Shown here: positions 25,858-37,647 of the stretch, piece by piece
How the letters are laid out: every line of letters starts with the position of its first letter
Position numbering within the stretch: position 1 is the stretch's first letter
From: Cercozoa sp. M6MM
Taxonomy: Eukaryota; Protista; Endomyxa: Ascetosporea
Reading direction: 5' to 3' (one strand)
DNA: 64,000 nt
Assembly (NCBI GenBank): GCA_040357565.1
Contig: JBDODJ010000002.1
Notes under the pieces: model-generated
What the model saw: the letters and a program-made list of their open reading frames with translations, nothing else
The model's database searches: none
Told to the model about the DNA's origin: nothing
Made by a program: the position numbers and the translations under genes

Positions 25858-26700
25858 ATGTGCGAATTCGATGATCGTTTGAACTCCCGTGACACAGATC
25901 TTGCTTTGCGTTTGGCGAATCGAGTCCTGCTTCTCGAGATTGAAGCAAGCTCGATTTTTCCGCCTGGGAGCATTGCTGCGGCTCAAAAGTCAGGTAGGGT
26001 TGGAATGTGTACATGTTCAGCTTCAGCATGCAGTTCAGCTCGTTTCGACCTGCGAAATTCATGCTTGGAGTAGACATTCGAGAAGTGGAAGACCAGGAGC
26101 AAACCGTGGCGTGGCTGCCGTTCGACTCGTGCATTGTTGTTCTTCGGCAAGTGAAGCGCAAGGCACCTTCTTTGGTACAGTACTACACCCTGTAAAACTG
26201 AAGAACTTTGTGTTTGGCCTAAAGCTTGTGCCTTGCATGCGGTCGTCGATATAATTAAAGGCCTGTTTTTGCAGTTAGCGCAAGGTTGGATGCAAGTTTT
26301 CTTTGACGTACTGTCCTTCCCGGATGTGTTGATCGAAGAGGTACTCTCAAAAACGTCAAACCCTAAATATTCAACTCTAACTGCGGTGCTGGCAAACACC
26401 GAGAAGCGCCTGGTGCCTCGAGTTTCGCGAATAACACCCGAGGACGAAAACATGACCATGCAGTTCCAAGAGGCACTCAGTGCAGCGTTCGAACAAGTGC
26501 TTCGACTGCAAGTACGCACAAGACGGTACTCGACGACTTCGGCTCGCACGGATGCCACCACTTCGACGAAAATATCCAGCTCGGGTGTCAAGCGAGACAA
26601 CATGGAAACAAGCAGTGTTCTCAGCGCGAGCGAGTTGACGAACCGCGGCGGACTTCTCCGCCGATTCTTTAGTTGCAGCAGACGATCGGCTACGCAATAG
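25858..26700 (+). CDS. Hypothetical protein
   Basis: Three exons joined by GT-AG introns: MCEFDDRLNSRDTDLAL...; DIREVEDQEQTVAWLPFD...; LAQGWMQVFFDVLSFPD...RSATQ*. Confidence 0.55.
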
Positions 26701-27100
26701 CACCTGAGCTTGTCTACACGTGTAGCAGTAATACATGTAGTGAGTGCAAGGTACCTACTCGACGTTGTCCCAGTTCAGTTCCCCCGAGTCCATAACTTAA
26801 TAAAAACACTCCATTTTTGAATCCCTACAATTGTACTTAACACTATTTTTCCAGGACACTGCTGACTCCTGAATTTCACCTGATGTCACAACTGATCGAT
26901 TGTCGATACGATCGTCAAAACAGGCAACAAAGAACAACAGATAAAAAATTTTACAGTGATGAGTGTCTCCTTCTTAAAGGGGAGTATCCCGAGACCACAT
27001 AGGAAACAGGAGCTAAGCCAGTGTGATCGGCGGCGTGCCTAGACTAGTTTACTCTGCATTAGACGCAGAGGAGTCGAAACGACACAGGGCTCTGGAAACG

Positions 27101-28351
27101 ATGGCTGTGTCCGCTCTGTTCATTCTAAACGCCAAGGGCGACATTGTGATCTCTCGGCACTTCCGTGAGGGTCTACGGTACTCCAAATTACTGCATGCAA
27201 TGCTAGTGCACTTTTTAGTAGCGATCGTTTTGCTTTTGATGAGTGGGTTGCGACTTGACTTGACTTGACTTGACTTTCAGTCGCTCTTCCGTTGACGCGT
27301 TTCGTCAGCAAGTGGTGGCCGCCAAGAATGCCGCCACAATGCCGCCGGTGCTCCGCATTGAATCGCAAAACTTCATCTACACGCGCGAGCACGAGCTTTT
27401 CTTTGTGGCAGTCACTTCCCACAACTCCAACGCTGTGATGGTATGCAGTGCAAGTTTTTTGTTTTTTGCTGGCAGAGCTGTGGATGCTCGTGCTGTGTGT
27501 GTGCGCAGGTGCTGCAGTACTTGAGCGAGTTGGTGCGATTGTTCCGAACCTATTTCTCGGCCGTGGATGAGGAATCGCTGAAGGATAACTTCACGCTCGT
27601 GTATGAGCTGTTGGACGAAACAATGGATCACGGCATGCCGCAGACGACGCGCGCCGATTTGTTGAAGCAGTGCGTGTTTCTGTTTCTTGTTTCGCGAGTA
27701 TTTGCAGTTGTGTCAAGTGGTATTTTCTTGTCAGGTACATCAAGCACGGACGCGCCAAGGATGCACGGCAGCTTGAGCAGGAATCGCGACAGATCACGAA
27801 AGCCGTGACGGGCGCACCAACACACCGCGAGGGCAACATCAAGTACCGTCGCAACGAGGTCTACATCGACGTGCTTGAGCAGGTAGGTTGTGCTTCCTTT
27901 TGCATTGTGATTCTTCTGAGTTAGCTTGCCTATTTGGTATGCAGGTGAATGTGATGATGCGCGACGGTGTCGTGCAAAAGAGCGATGTGTCGGGCCGCGT
28001 TATGATGCGCACAATGCTGTCGGGTATGCCCGAGTGCAAGGTCGGTATCAACGACAAGGTCATGATGACGCACGATGAGGTAAGATTCAGTGCTTTAAAA
28101 AGAATGGTTGTGGTGTACTTTTAAAGCGAACGAGCGACTTTAGCGAGTGCAACGACGCCGCGCGCAAGGCAAGCAGGACGTCGACAGCATCGCTATCGAC
28201 GACGTGAGTTTCCACCGCTGTGTGCGACTCGGCCAGGTACAGTGTGTAGTCTAGTTTCTTGGCATATACTCCTGTTGTTTCATAGTTTGAAACTGAGCGT
28301 GCGATCACGTTTGTGCCGCCCGATGGCGAGTTTGAACTTATGCGCTACGTA

Positions 28352-28395
<44 letters not shown>

Positions 28396-28495
28396 NNNNN
28401 NNNNNNNNNNNNNNNNNNNNNNNNNNNNNNNNNNNNNNNNNNNNNNNNNNNNNNNNNNNNNNNNNNNNNNNNNNNNNNNNNNNNNNNNNNNNNNN

Positions 28496-28536
<41 letters not shown>

Positions 28537-29356
28537 TGTGTGTGCACAGCGTATCACCGACCACGTGAACCACCCGTTCGAGGTGGTTCCCATCGTGCGT
28601 GAACATGGACAGGCTAGGTATTTTTGATAGGATATCCCATTTTTTCGTTCAATCACGGTGTCTGGGCAGAGTGGAGTTCCAGGTGCGCGTGCGGAGTACC
28701 TTCTCGTCGTCTCGTCTTGCGCACGCCGTTACCGTGCGGATACCGTGTCCGCCCAACACTGCGCGCTGTGGTACTTATTAAAATGTTTAGATTATCAAGG
28801 GTGGGAAGATAAATGCCCTCGTACAGCAATCAAAACGTCGGTGGGTAAGGCCAAGTACGACGCTGCCAATACGCAAATAGTCTGGAAGATCAAGAAATTT
28901 CCGTACCTTTGATATCGTCAACTTTTTCTCGGTTGCCGTGTTGATAGTGTTCTACGCTCGTTTTAGTGGCCGCTCCTCTACGGTGCTGACGGCCGAAGCG
29001 CAACTGACGCAACTTATCAAGCCAAAGCCGGTACCGTTTCGCTGGTTCAGTGTTTTTCGCAAAATGTTCGTTTCCGTGCACAGTGGCAACGCTCGCCGCT
29101 GCAGATGGCCTTCGTGCTGCCGATGTGTCCGGCCAGTGGCATTGACATTCTTTACATGGGTACGCGTAAATTCAGTATGATGTTCTCTCAGAATGATCTC
29201 ACTTTCTGTGTGTACTTGCAGAAATTCTGGAGAAGAGCAACTATGAGGCGCAGCGCTTTGTATACTTTGTTTGTTTAGTGTTTCATCTAAGTATATGACA
29301 TATTGGTGTAGGTTCGATACATTACGACGGCTGGCAATTACCAGATTCGTTTCTAA
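27101..29356 (+). CDS. AP2M1: Adaptor protein complex 2 mu subunit
   Basis: MAVSALFILNAKGDIVISRHFR, NFTLVYELLDETMDHGMPQ, KYRRNEVYIDVLE, LSGMPECKVGINDK, SFHRCVRL, FVPPDGEFELMRY, IVWKIKKF, VRYITTAGNYQIRF*. Confidence 0.92.
28354..28543. repeat. (CT)n - 100 N gap - (GT)n microsatellite inside an AP2M1 intron
   Basis: N run at 28396-28495 flanked by dinucleotide repeats; the reading frame continues across it (ELMRY|RITDHV). Confidence 0.95.
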
Positions 29357-29635
29357 CGTACGCTATCGTGCGCGCGAAGTGAACTCCTCTCCGCTTAGTT
29401 TTCTTCACGCTACGCTACGTTGCCCATTGTTCGATTCCGTATTACTTTTGCGCGGGCAGCTTTCAACTGAAACTTTTACCGTAGCCCTAGGATAGGGATC
29501 AGAGCTTCGTTTGCCACAATGATACAAAAAGCAAAGGAACAGTCGGTTTTTGGAGGGAGGGAACTAACCGACCGCACCCAAGCGAAGGTGTACAGTACGA
29601 CTGACGTTCAATTCACGTACACGCCATCAATTCAG

Positions 29636-32600
29636 TTAAAACCACCGGCGGCGACGGAAACAGAAGAAAAGCGACGTGGCGAGCACAACGCAGCAGGCCA
29701 CGATGACCATGAACCACGTCACGTCGATTGATTCCCCTGCAATGTAAATACACTCAGTTTATATCTACCTCCCTGACTTGACAGGAAAATGAAAAGAGGT
29801 ACCCTGCTGGCCTGGCACAGGCACGTTCATGCCCCAGAGACCGGTGATGAACGTAAGTGGCAGGAAGATCGTAGCCACCGTGTTGAACGCCTTCATCACC
29901 TTGTTCATGTCGTTGCCTTGCTGCGCGATCTCGATGCTCACCTTGGCCAAGAAGGTGTTTTGCGCAATGTCGAGTCGCTGCAGCGACGTGTCCAGCACCT
30001 GCATCATGAAGCGCCTGCCACACAGATACAAAAAATAGACATTCATTCAGTATATTATCAGGGTAGAGAAAAACACAAAAGTCAGAGTACACATGATCGT
30101 GCGCGTCGCGCAGGAATGGTGCGCCAATATCGGCGAAAAACTTCCTGTAAGCGCAAGTAACAAATGCAACCCAAGTCGGTGCTTAACCAAACAAATCGAG
30201 GGTACTTGCGACACTCCTTGTGCGCCATGTTCAGCAACAATGACCTCTTGGGCCAAATACGGTGCTTCAGTTCCTTTGCAAGCGAAAATAATGTCACTTT
30301 CTTTGAAACAGCAAATCAACGTACAAGCGCATTGCGTCGCACGATGGCGATTCGCTGCAGCAACTCCTGCAAACACAAACAAAAATATACGTTCCTTTCT
30401 TTTCCAACAAAGAAAAAAGCTAAACTTACGCTCTGTTCCGACGCAGAGAACATCGTGGCCAGTGTGCCGACTGAATCCTAGTCCGACAATACATATCAAC
30501 TCTTTGGTTTATTCAGACTTAGGGCAGTGTACCGTCTCGGCAGACAGTGATTCGACCGGCGCAAAGAAATGATCAATCACGGTGTCCAAAACGGCGTAGG
30601 CCACCCATGCTGGCTTTGAACTGCCTTGTTTGAACAACTAAAAAGAAAACAGTTTCACAGGATATAAACAAAGATGTACAGGCGACGCGGCGATTGTTTC
30701 AGCACGCGCCGGATCGCCTCTGACACGAACGATCTGCCTCTAAGCACACGTTCTCATTTTAATCCTGAAGTGAGACGAACAAAACACGTAGAACAAGCGT
30801 ACAGATTCCCGTGCAAGGCGAGACACCAGTCCTGGGAAGTTATGACGACCATCGGCTCGCCTTGTGGCGTGCGCAGTGACAGAATCTGCCAATAGGGAAG
30901 TATTTTAACTTCAAAGTTCAGTTGCTTTGTGGTTGGGAACGAAATACCGCGTAGTGTTGGAACAACTCAAGTTTCTCCCCCATTCCCTGTTTTTGAAGTT
31001 ACACATACAGAACGACAAGATGGGAGACAAGTATTGTGATTCGCACCATGACGCGGCCAGAGAGAGCACGCTCTGACAACGCAATGCCCATGGCCGTTTC
31101 GTCATCGGCAGCCGGCGTAAGAAGGAGGTCCAGCACGTCCTCGACTGTCAGCGGATGCAGCAGCAGCATGCTACACCAGGGTTAATAGCATACATCAGTA
31201 CGCAATGTACAGAAAGTAATGATACCGTCCAAGAGTGAGTAGGCACTCTTTGTCGGGATTCGCAACAGCGATGGTCACTGGCTCGCTATTGAAGAATGTT
31301 GCATCTTATCAGTTTATTTAAATCAGTTGGACTTGGAGTACAGTTTCGGAGCAGTTGCGTCAAGTTTCTACAGCAGCGTTTAACATACAGTTTCTTCAAA
31401 CCTCATCACGAAAGGCAAAAGCTGTACCTGCTCTTGTCGATGCCGCCAAAAGTGCTGAAAGTCCGTCATGTTGTGGAAGGCGAGAATGTGCTGTACAGAA
31501 AACTGTGCTTAGAAAAGGCCAGGTGGGGTATAGACAAATGCACTTACCGAATGTGACACATCGGCGCCGTACACGCTGACGAGCAACTCACCTGAGTCGA
31601 CAGGGTAGGTAAGGTAAGTAGACGGACAAAAGACAGGAAAAAGTTAGAGGTACGAGCTTCTTCAGGTGGCATCGTTCGCATCGACTCCCGCATGTCAATC
31701 ACGCTGACGTTTTCGATTGTGGACATCTCAACGTCTGGGTCGTGTCTCTACGTGTAAGACAGGTAACCAACAAATGATAACAAAGAGGAGACAAAGTAAT
31801 ACAGTGGGAACGACATGTCGCACACGCGAGAGTTCCTCCTCGTAGTTCTCCGGGGCAGGCACGACGTCCTTATCGGAATCGAGGCGTTCCAGGAAGATCT
31901 GCGCGTCGTCGACAAAGGTATTGGAGGATGACGAGGTCGAACTCACGCTGCCAACACTGTGCAGACTGAGTCGTCTCTCCTGAGGCATCCGAGAGTGCGT
32001 GTGTGTGTGTGTGTGTGTGTGGGGGGAGCAAGGGTGAAGGACGTAAAGAAGGCAAAGGATACCAGTCTGGGCTGCCTGGCTTCTGTCGCGGCGAGTTCGA
32101 CGTCGGCTTCGTCGGCCGAAATACGCAGCAGAAAGTTGCTCGTGACAGGCGTATCTGCCTCTTGTTTCACCTCGTCGCCGCCGTCACTGCTGCGACTGTT
32201 TATGTCGATAGCGTGCTCAGAACTTTCGCCATAATCAGCGCGCTCAGTTCCCTCAGGGGCACCGTGATCACCTTCAGCTGCAGGTTTAAGTGCATTCGTC
32301 TCGTTGTACTGCCAGACGCACAGCAGTTCCTCCTCGCGCTCCGTCAGCACTGAGCGAAAAAAGAAGTAAAGCAAGCGTAAAGAATGCGGCCAAAGCAGGC
32401 TAGATTAGGTGAGGCACCAATGCCAGCTGCCGGCAGTTTGAACACCCAGTCTTTTTCAGCAAGAAACAGGTGCTGCAGAATGGCATGCTGGCGTAACTCT
32501 TGAAGTGTCACTCGATCCTACAAAAGATTGATTTCAGGTACAGAACGTCAACTCACATGCAATGAGTTTGAATGTACCGACGGCAAGTGCACGGGACCGA

Positions 32601-32646
32601 CCACGGTGTCGTCCACCCAGCGAAGCAGGATCACGCATTCTCCCAT
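29636..32646 (-). CDS. CorA/ALR1-family Mg2+ transporter with long N-terminal extension
   Basis: LHPLTVEDV, MNKVMKAFNTVATIFLPLTFITGLWGMNVPVPGQ (GMN motif) and a second TM helix WFMVIVACCVVLATSLFFCF. Confidence 0.9.
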
Positions 32647-32872
32647 TCGTTCTGCCCACGGACGAAAAAAGTAGTCTCCAAAGTAGGCACGCACCCGGGT
32701 GCGTTCCTATAACTAGACTGCGCTAGAAACGTAAAATATGCGCTGTTCTAGCGACTTTCGCTGTGTCTAACCTTTAGCACAACTTTTAACAATAGATAGT
32801 TTGGTGGTTCGGACATATTATAAATTATCCCAGGGTCTTTCTTGGTTTCCTCGCAGTGTCGGTGCAAAAAAA

Positions 32873-35607
32873 CTACGCTCCTCTTAGCAGCAAGCCACGA
32901 TCATTGCTGTCGGTTAAAGTAAGTTCAGCGCTGTCGTCGGAGATGGATCCATCGTTCTCGTGGCTGAAGATGAGTTCTTGATCATTGTCGCGCGGCTCAT
33001 CCTCTTGCTACAGTACATAGTAGTATCCGAGTCGCTATTGTTTCACTTTATAGCAGACAGATTGCTAAGTATATTACCGATCTGCTTCCGCGCGGAAGAT
33101 GCGCGTTGTCACTGGATTCGAGATCAATGAAAGCAGTGCTGCGTTGGTTTCGCTTCCTCCACAAAAGCAAAGCTGAACATAGAGCGACACACGCTGAGAC
33201 AGCCGACAGAGTGATGAGAGCTGGGACTTTCAATGAGCTTCGTGACTTTTGGGAGAAGCCTGGATTTTCGTTCGAGACAGAAGAAGCTGTGCCAAACGCC
33301 GAGTCGTCGTTGAAGATGATGCGGTTATAGAGGCGGCCCAAACCACCGACAGGCACCTCTCTCAGGCGCTGCGTGCACTCGTGGAGATTCAGCTTGTCAG
33401 TCTGCGCCGTGCCTTCGATGAACGAAATTAAGACTTGCAGTCCGCATGCCGAGTTGCGTCGGAGCAACAGCAGCTTTCGAACCAAAGCTGCGTCGCCAGA
33501 CGCGCCCAACAGCTGCAGCAGCGCAGCGTCTTCTTCAGGAAGCTGTACTTTATCGCAAAGACATAGGTGCTAGACAGCTCAATAGTTCCGAATTCCACGC
33601 CATTGAAACAACGGCACCTCAGTGATAGGAGTGACGGCTGAATTGCCAAGCACATAGTGGTTTCCGTTTTGAAACCGAACGAATGACTTCGACGAAGCTG
33701 TGAAGCCCGCGAAGTGCTTCTCAGCAGCCATTGTCGGTGTTTGTGCATCCAGTTCGCCGCTGAGGACGAGAAGATCTGCGGAACTTACGGGAAAACCCTC
33801 AAAAAAATGATCGCGCTTGTATCGTGGCCATGGATGCTTTGCTTCCAGCGACAGCATCTGTTCCAACGAAACAAGTCCCGGAGCGAACAAGGCAGTGCGT
33901 TCAAAGTTTTCCAAAGCGTCGACGGACGTATTTACATCGTTCCAAAACTCGGAGGCAACTACCGCGTCGAAAGTACAAATGTTACCCATGGCATGCTTGG
34001 ACTTGGTTCTTACCAATAGTGTTGTACAAGACCGGAGTGGTCGACCAGATGTCCGCTGCCCTGTCCCTGTCCCCGCTCGTATCGTTTGCACCAAAGACAA
34101 CATCTGCGAAAGGGTTAATCACAATATTACGTAAACTTCTAATGCAACACAAGTAATTTACTGTAACTTAGAGCAGTACACGAAGAAGAACGCACCAAAT
34201 AATTGAATCACTGCTGTGACGTCAATCTTTGAGCATCGTCTGACACGGTGCAGTAAAGGCATGATGTAAGCGCGAAATGGCGACTCGATCAACGTCGAAA
34301 GTGCTACGCGAAGTACTTTGCGTGTCAAACCAGCTTTCGCGAGATCTTGACAGTGCTTGACATCATCTATGTCCTTGCTTTCACTCAGTGTGTCCGCTAT
34401 TCGGCGTACAACTTGGCACGGGAACGGACCAAAGTGTTGACTGCACTCGGGATCCGCTGCGCACTGTCGGCACAAGCGTTCGCCTTGTTTCTCGAAGTGG
34501 ACGTCGAATTGGTTGAATGCAGACCGGCCAGCTGGATAGAAATCACCGCCTGTTACCATGGTGCTGTCCAAAACTATCTTGTCGGCTCGCGCAAGTGTCC
34601 AATCGGGAACCTATAAATATAGAACGAACATTTTATCGTCAAGAAAATACACGGCAGTCGGAAAGCCGTATTTAAATTGAGATGCCCCGTCGGTTTACCA
34701 GATCCGTAGGAGGGCGTTGGCTGGTAATGGCTTCATTGACGACTTGAGCATAGCGACTCACCCACGCAGTACCATAGGAAACACCGTACACGATCACTTC
34801 GGCGTTGTGGTGCAATTGGCGCGTCATTGTGACTAAACTAGCGAGATCTAACGCGGCTTCGGTCACGGAGAGTGCGCGAAAGGCATCGTTGTCGGAGTCT
34901 TCGCGAACGTGCAGATTCCTTTCGACCTCTTTGGTGCATCGCTGCACCTCCTCAATCACGATTGAAGTCCCACCTCGACTACCACTCAGCTCAGCTCCTG
35001 TGGCGACGCATTCAATCCGCTGACTTCGTGCAACAAAGCGGTGGTCCGCTGTGTAGACAGCAACGTTTTTGAAAGCGATCAGAGTCCACAGCTGCTCCAT
35101 TGTTTCCTCGAGTGCGACGCTGGATGCTCCGGGTCCTCCTTGCAGCAACCACACCACCGATTGGACTGAGGTCTCACTGGATTCCTTCAACAGACGCTTC
35201 ACAAACAGTTGCGTTGTTCGCGTGGAGGCGGGAATCTCGTGTCGGAGTGGCACGGTGACCATCGTGCACTCTGCTTCTACAACGTGCGTTGGACTAGTAC
35301 TCGGGCTGCTTGAGGACGCACTTGCAGCAAAGAGGAGCTCGTACAGTCGCTTGCCTTTCGTCACTCCTTTCGCCTTGTCGTAGTCGCTCGAATCGCGGAA
35401 GACACGCGATAGAGACGGCTGTGCAGCTAAAATGTGAGGTGGATACCAGCCAGAGACGCTCGTGGTGACGCCTTTGAAGTGCGTCTCACTCTCTAGTGAG
35501 TATAGAGGACACTTGCTCCATGCTATTAGTTGAGACTGAGAGTCTCCAACCGGAATTTGACCTGTCACGGCTACTCCTCCCAGCAACAGCAGAGTTAAGG
35601 TCAACAT
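32873..35607 (-). CDS. Secreted, C-terminally anchored alpha/beta-hydrolase (S33/TAP-like peptidase family)
   Basis: Signal peptide MLTLTLLLLGGVAVTG; ECTMVTVPLRH; WLLQGGPG; DHR; nucleophile GVSYGT; LVLSGELDAQTP; GNHYVL; TM helix ALITLSAVSACVALCSALLLW. Confidence 0.85.
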
Positions 35608-35697
35608 AGGTTTAACCTTGCACGTGAAATGGTAAAATACTGCTACTCAGCGTGTCGGCAAGAAACGCAAAAGGTTATAGAAACGCCGCACTGCCCA

Positions 35698-36767
35698 TTA
35701 CTTCAGGACGGAGCTTCGTTCGTGTTGAGCCCGAAGTTCGACATACAAGGAGAAGAGCATGTGAAGCGAGTCAACGGGTTTGTTCGCATGGAAAGGGATA
35801 TCGAGCATGGCGCAAGCCAACTGCAGCACCTCGCTCGTCGACATACCAAAGGCATCGGGCACTTCGCTCGCTTGGACTGCTTCATCCTACACAAAGAACG
35901 CGTTTAAGTAATGTCTTAGACTTTAGTTTAGTGTTGAGACAAAGGAACCGATTTCAAAGCATCCTCGACTTGACTGGGGAGCACTTGCAGCAGTTCGTCG
36001 AGAGGCGGCATCTCTTGACTGTAAGCGTACTTCTCAGGTGCTTTCCTGCGCTGGACTTGCTTCACGCTGCGAATCCATGCGTCAACTTTGTGCACTTGTC
36101 GTGTTGCGGCAGAGATCGAGCGTACACGTGCGTGCCGACCGGGCACGCGCTGGCCAAGCTGCCGGAGTTGCAACTCGAGAGCTCCTGCGTCGGAAGAACT
36201 GAACAAGCACGGCGCATTACTGACACACGATCAACTACATTTAGTCAAAGATTAAATATACAGCGCAGACGGCTCATCGAGCACTTTGAGTCCCAAGAAG
36301 TCGGCTTTGCCGTCCGGCCGCGCCGGCTTCACGAAGTTGTCGATGGCACCGACGCAGGGAACAAACGCAGGGGCGAACGGAGTCAACTCGGTGGGTAGAT
36401 CGAGTGTTTCAGGTTTGTACGTAGATATGTGTGCAAAAAGTCGTGCTACGTTTGGCGAAACTTGCAAGTTTTCGTATTCGGCGGGATTGTACAGTTGCGG
36501 CAGGCGCGAACTCTCCGCGCTTTTTGCTCCGTCGCGATGAGATTGCCCTGAAAGAGGCGAAATCGGCGAGTCTCGCGAATTTCGCGGCGAGCGAGCGCTC
36601 GGTGGCCGAGCTGAGCGTAGACGAATGCTGGGCACACGAGCAGTGTCTTTTTCGTCTCCCGGAGACGCAAAGCCCGAGTTGCTTTCAGAAGCAGAGATCT
36701 CGCTTCCTGTTTCGTCGCTCGGCAGGTTCGAACTGCTAAAACTGTCCTGCCAGTTTTCCTGCTGCAT
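35698..36767 (-). CDS. IFT46: Intraflagellar transport protein 46
   Basis: YNPAEYENLQVS...LFAHISTYKP...LTPFAPAFVPCVGAIDNFVKPARPDGK..LGLKVLDEP...WIRSV...MPPLDELLQ...CAMLDIP...SLHMLFSLY. Confidence 0.93.
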
Positions 36768-36944
36768 TGGAAAGACTGCAATTTAAACACTGCTAACCGG
36801 CTAGGGAAAGTTTCAACGAGAAGAGCGGCAATTTTTGGTTTTTGCACCGCGCAGATACCAATAAATTTAAATAATCGAGCTGCCTGTAAATTTATCGACC
36901 CTTCGTTTCCCCGATGATTTTAATCGGAGTTAAAGTCTTCGGCT

Positions 36945-37443
36945 ATGAAGGAGTCTAAGGGAGATGTAGTGCACGTAAGTCTAGTGAGCATGCTGTTCTT
37001 GGTTGCCGGCTGGTTTTTGGCTGCAATGATATGCAAGGCACAGATGCTCGTCTCGCCGAGAGATCCCATGCGCCGGCACGCGCACCGACGCGCAGCGGAT
37101 GCACACGAACTGTCGCTGAGCTACAATGTTCCAAGCGCTGTATTCCGTGCTGGTGACTACATCCGCGTGGTTCCGAGACTCTCCAGTGACCACCGTGTAC
37201 CCCTCCTTCTCCCCGCTAAAAAGGTTTCAGCTGCAATGGCACTTTGTTGATCGACAGGTGTACGTCGACAGGTTCGTGCTGGATGAAGCTCCGCCCTTGT
37301 GTCCTGGGATAGTGTTCGACCCATCGACAGGTGTATTTCAGGGGACAGGCACGCAACGGTGTGCCCGCCGAGTGCATCACATCACCGCGATTGCTCAAGG
37401 CATGGCGTCGCATGTCTTCCTCACCTTCGAGATTATGGACTAA
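36945..37443 (+). CDS. Small protein with one He_PIG / cadherin-like putative Ig repeat
   Basis: Spliced frame contains LSYNVPSAVFRAG...PPLCPGIVFDPSTGVFQGTG...HHITAIAQGMASHVFLTFEI, matching the LPxGLxFDxxTGxIxGTP pattern. Confidence 0.55.
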
Positions 37444-37647
37444 TTTTGTCGTTGCGATCATGAAGAAACGAAACAAGCGTGTGCGTACTGTAACACAGAA
37501 ATCGTTCTACGGAGCGGCACCATTCGTCAGTTTAACTTTAGTAGCGGCGTCGACGACGGCGCGCCTCGGCGGCTTCTGTGCTACTGGTTTAAACTCAAAC
37601 ATGTGCATGGATGTACATGCGATGTAATGCGATTCGATTCCGATCAA

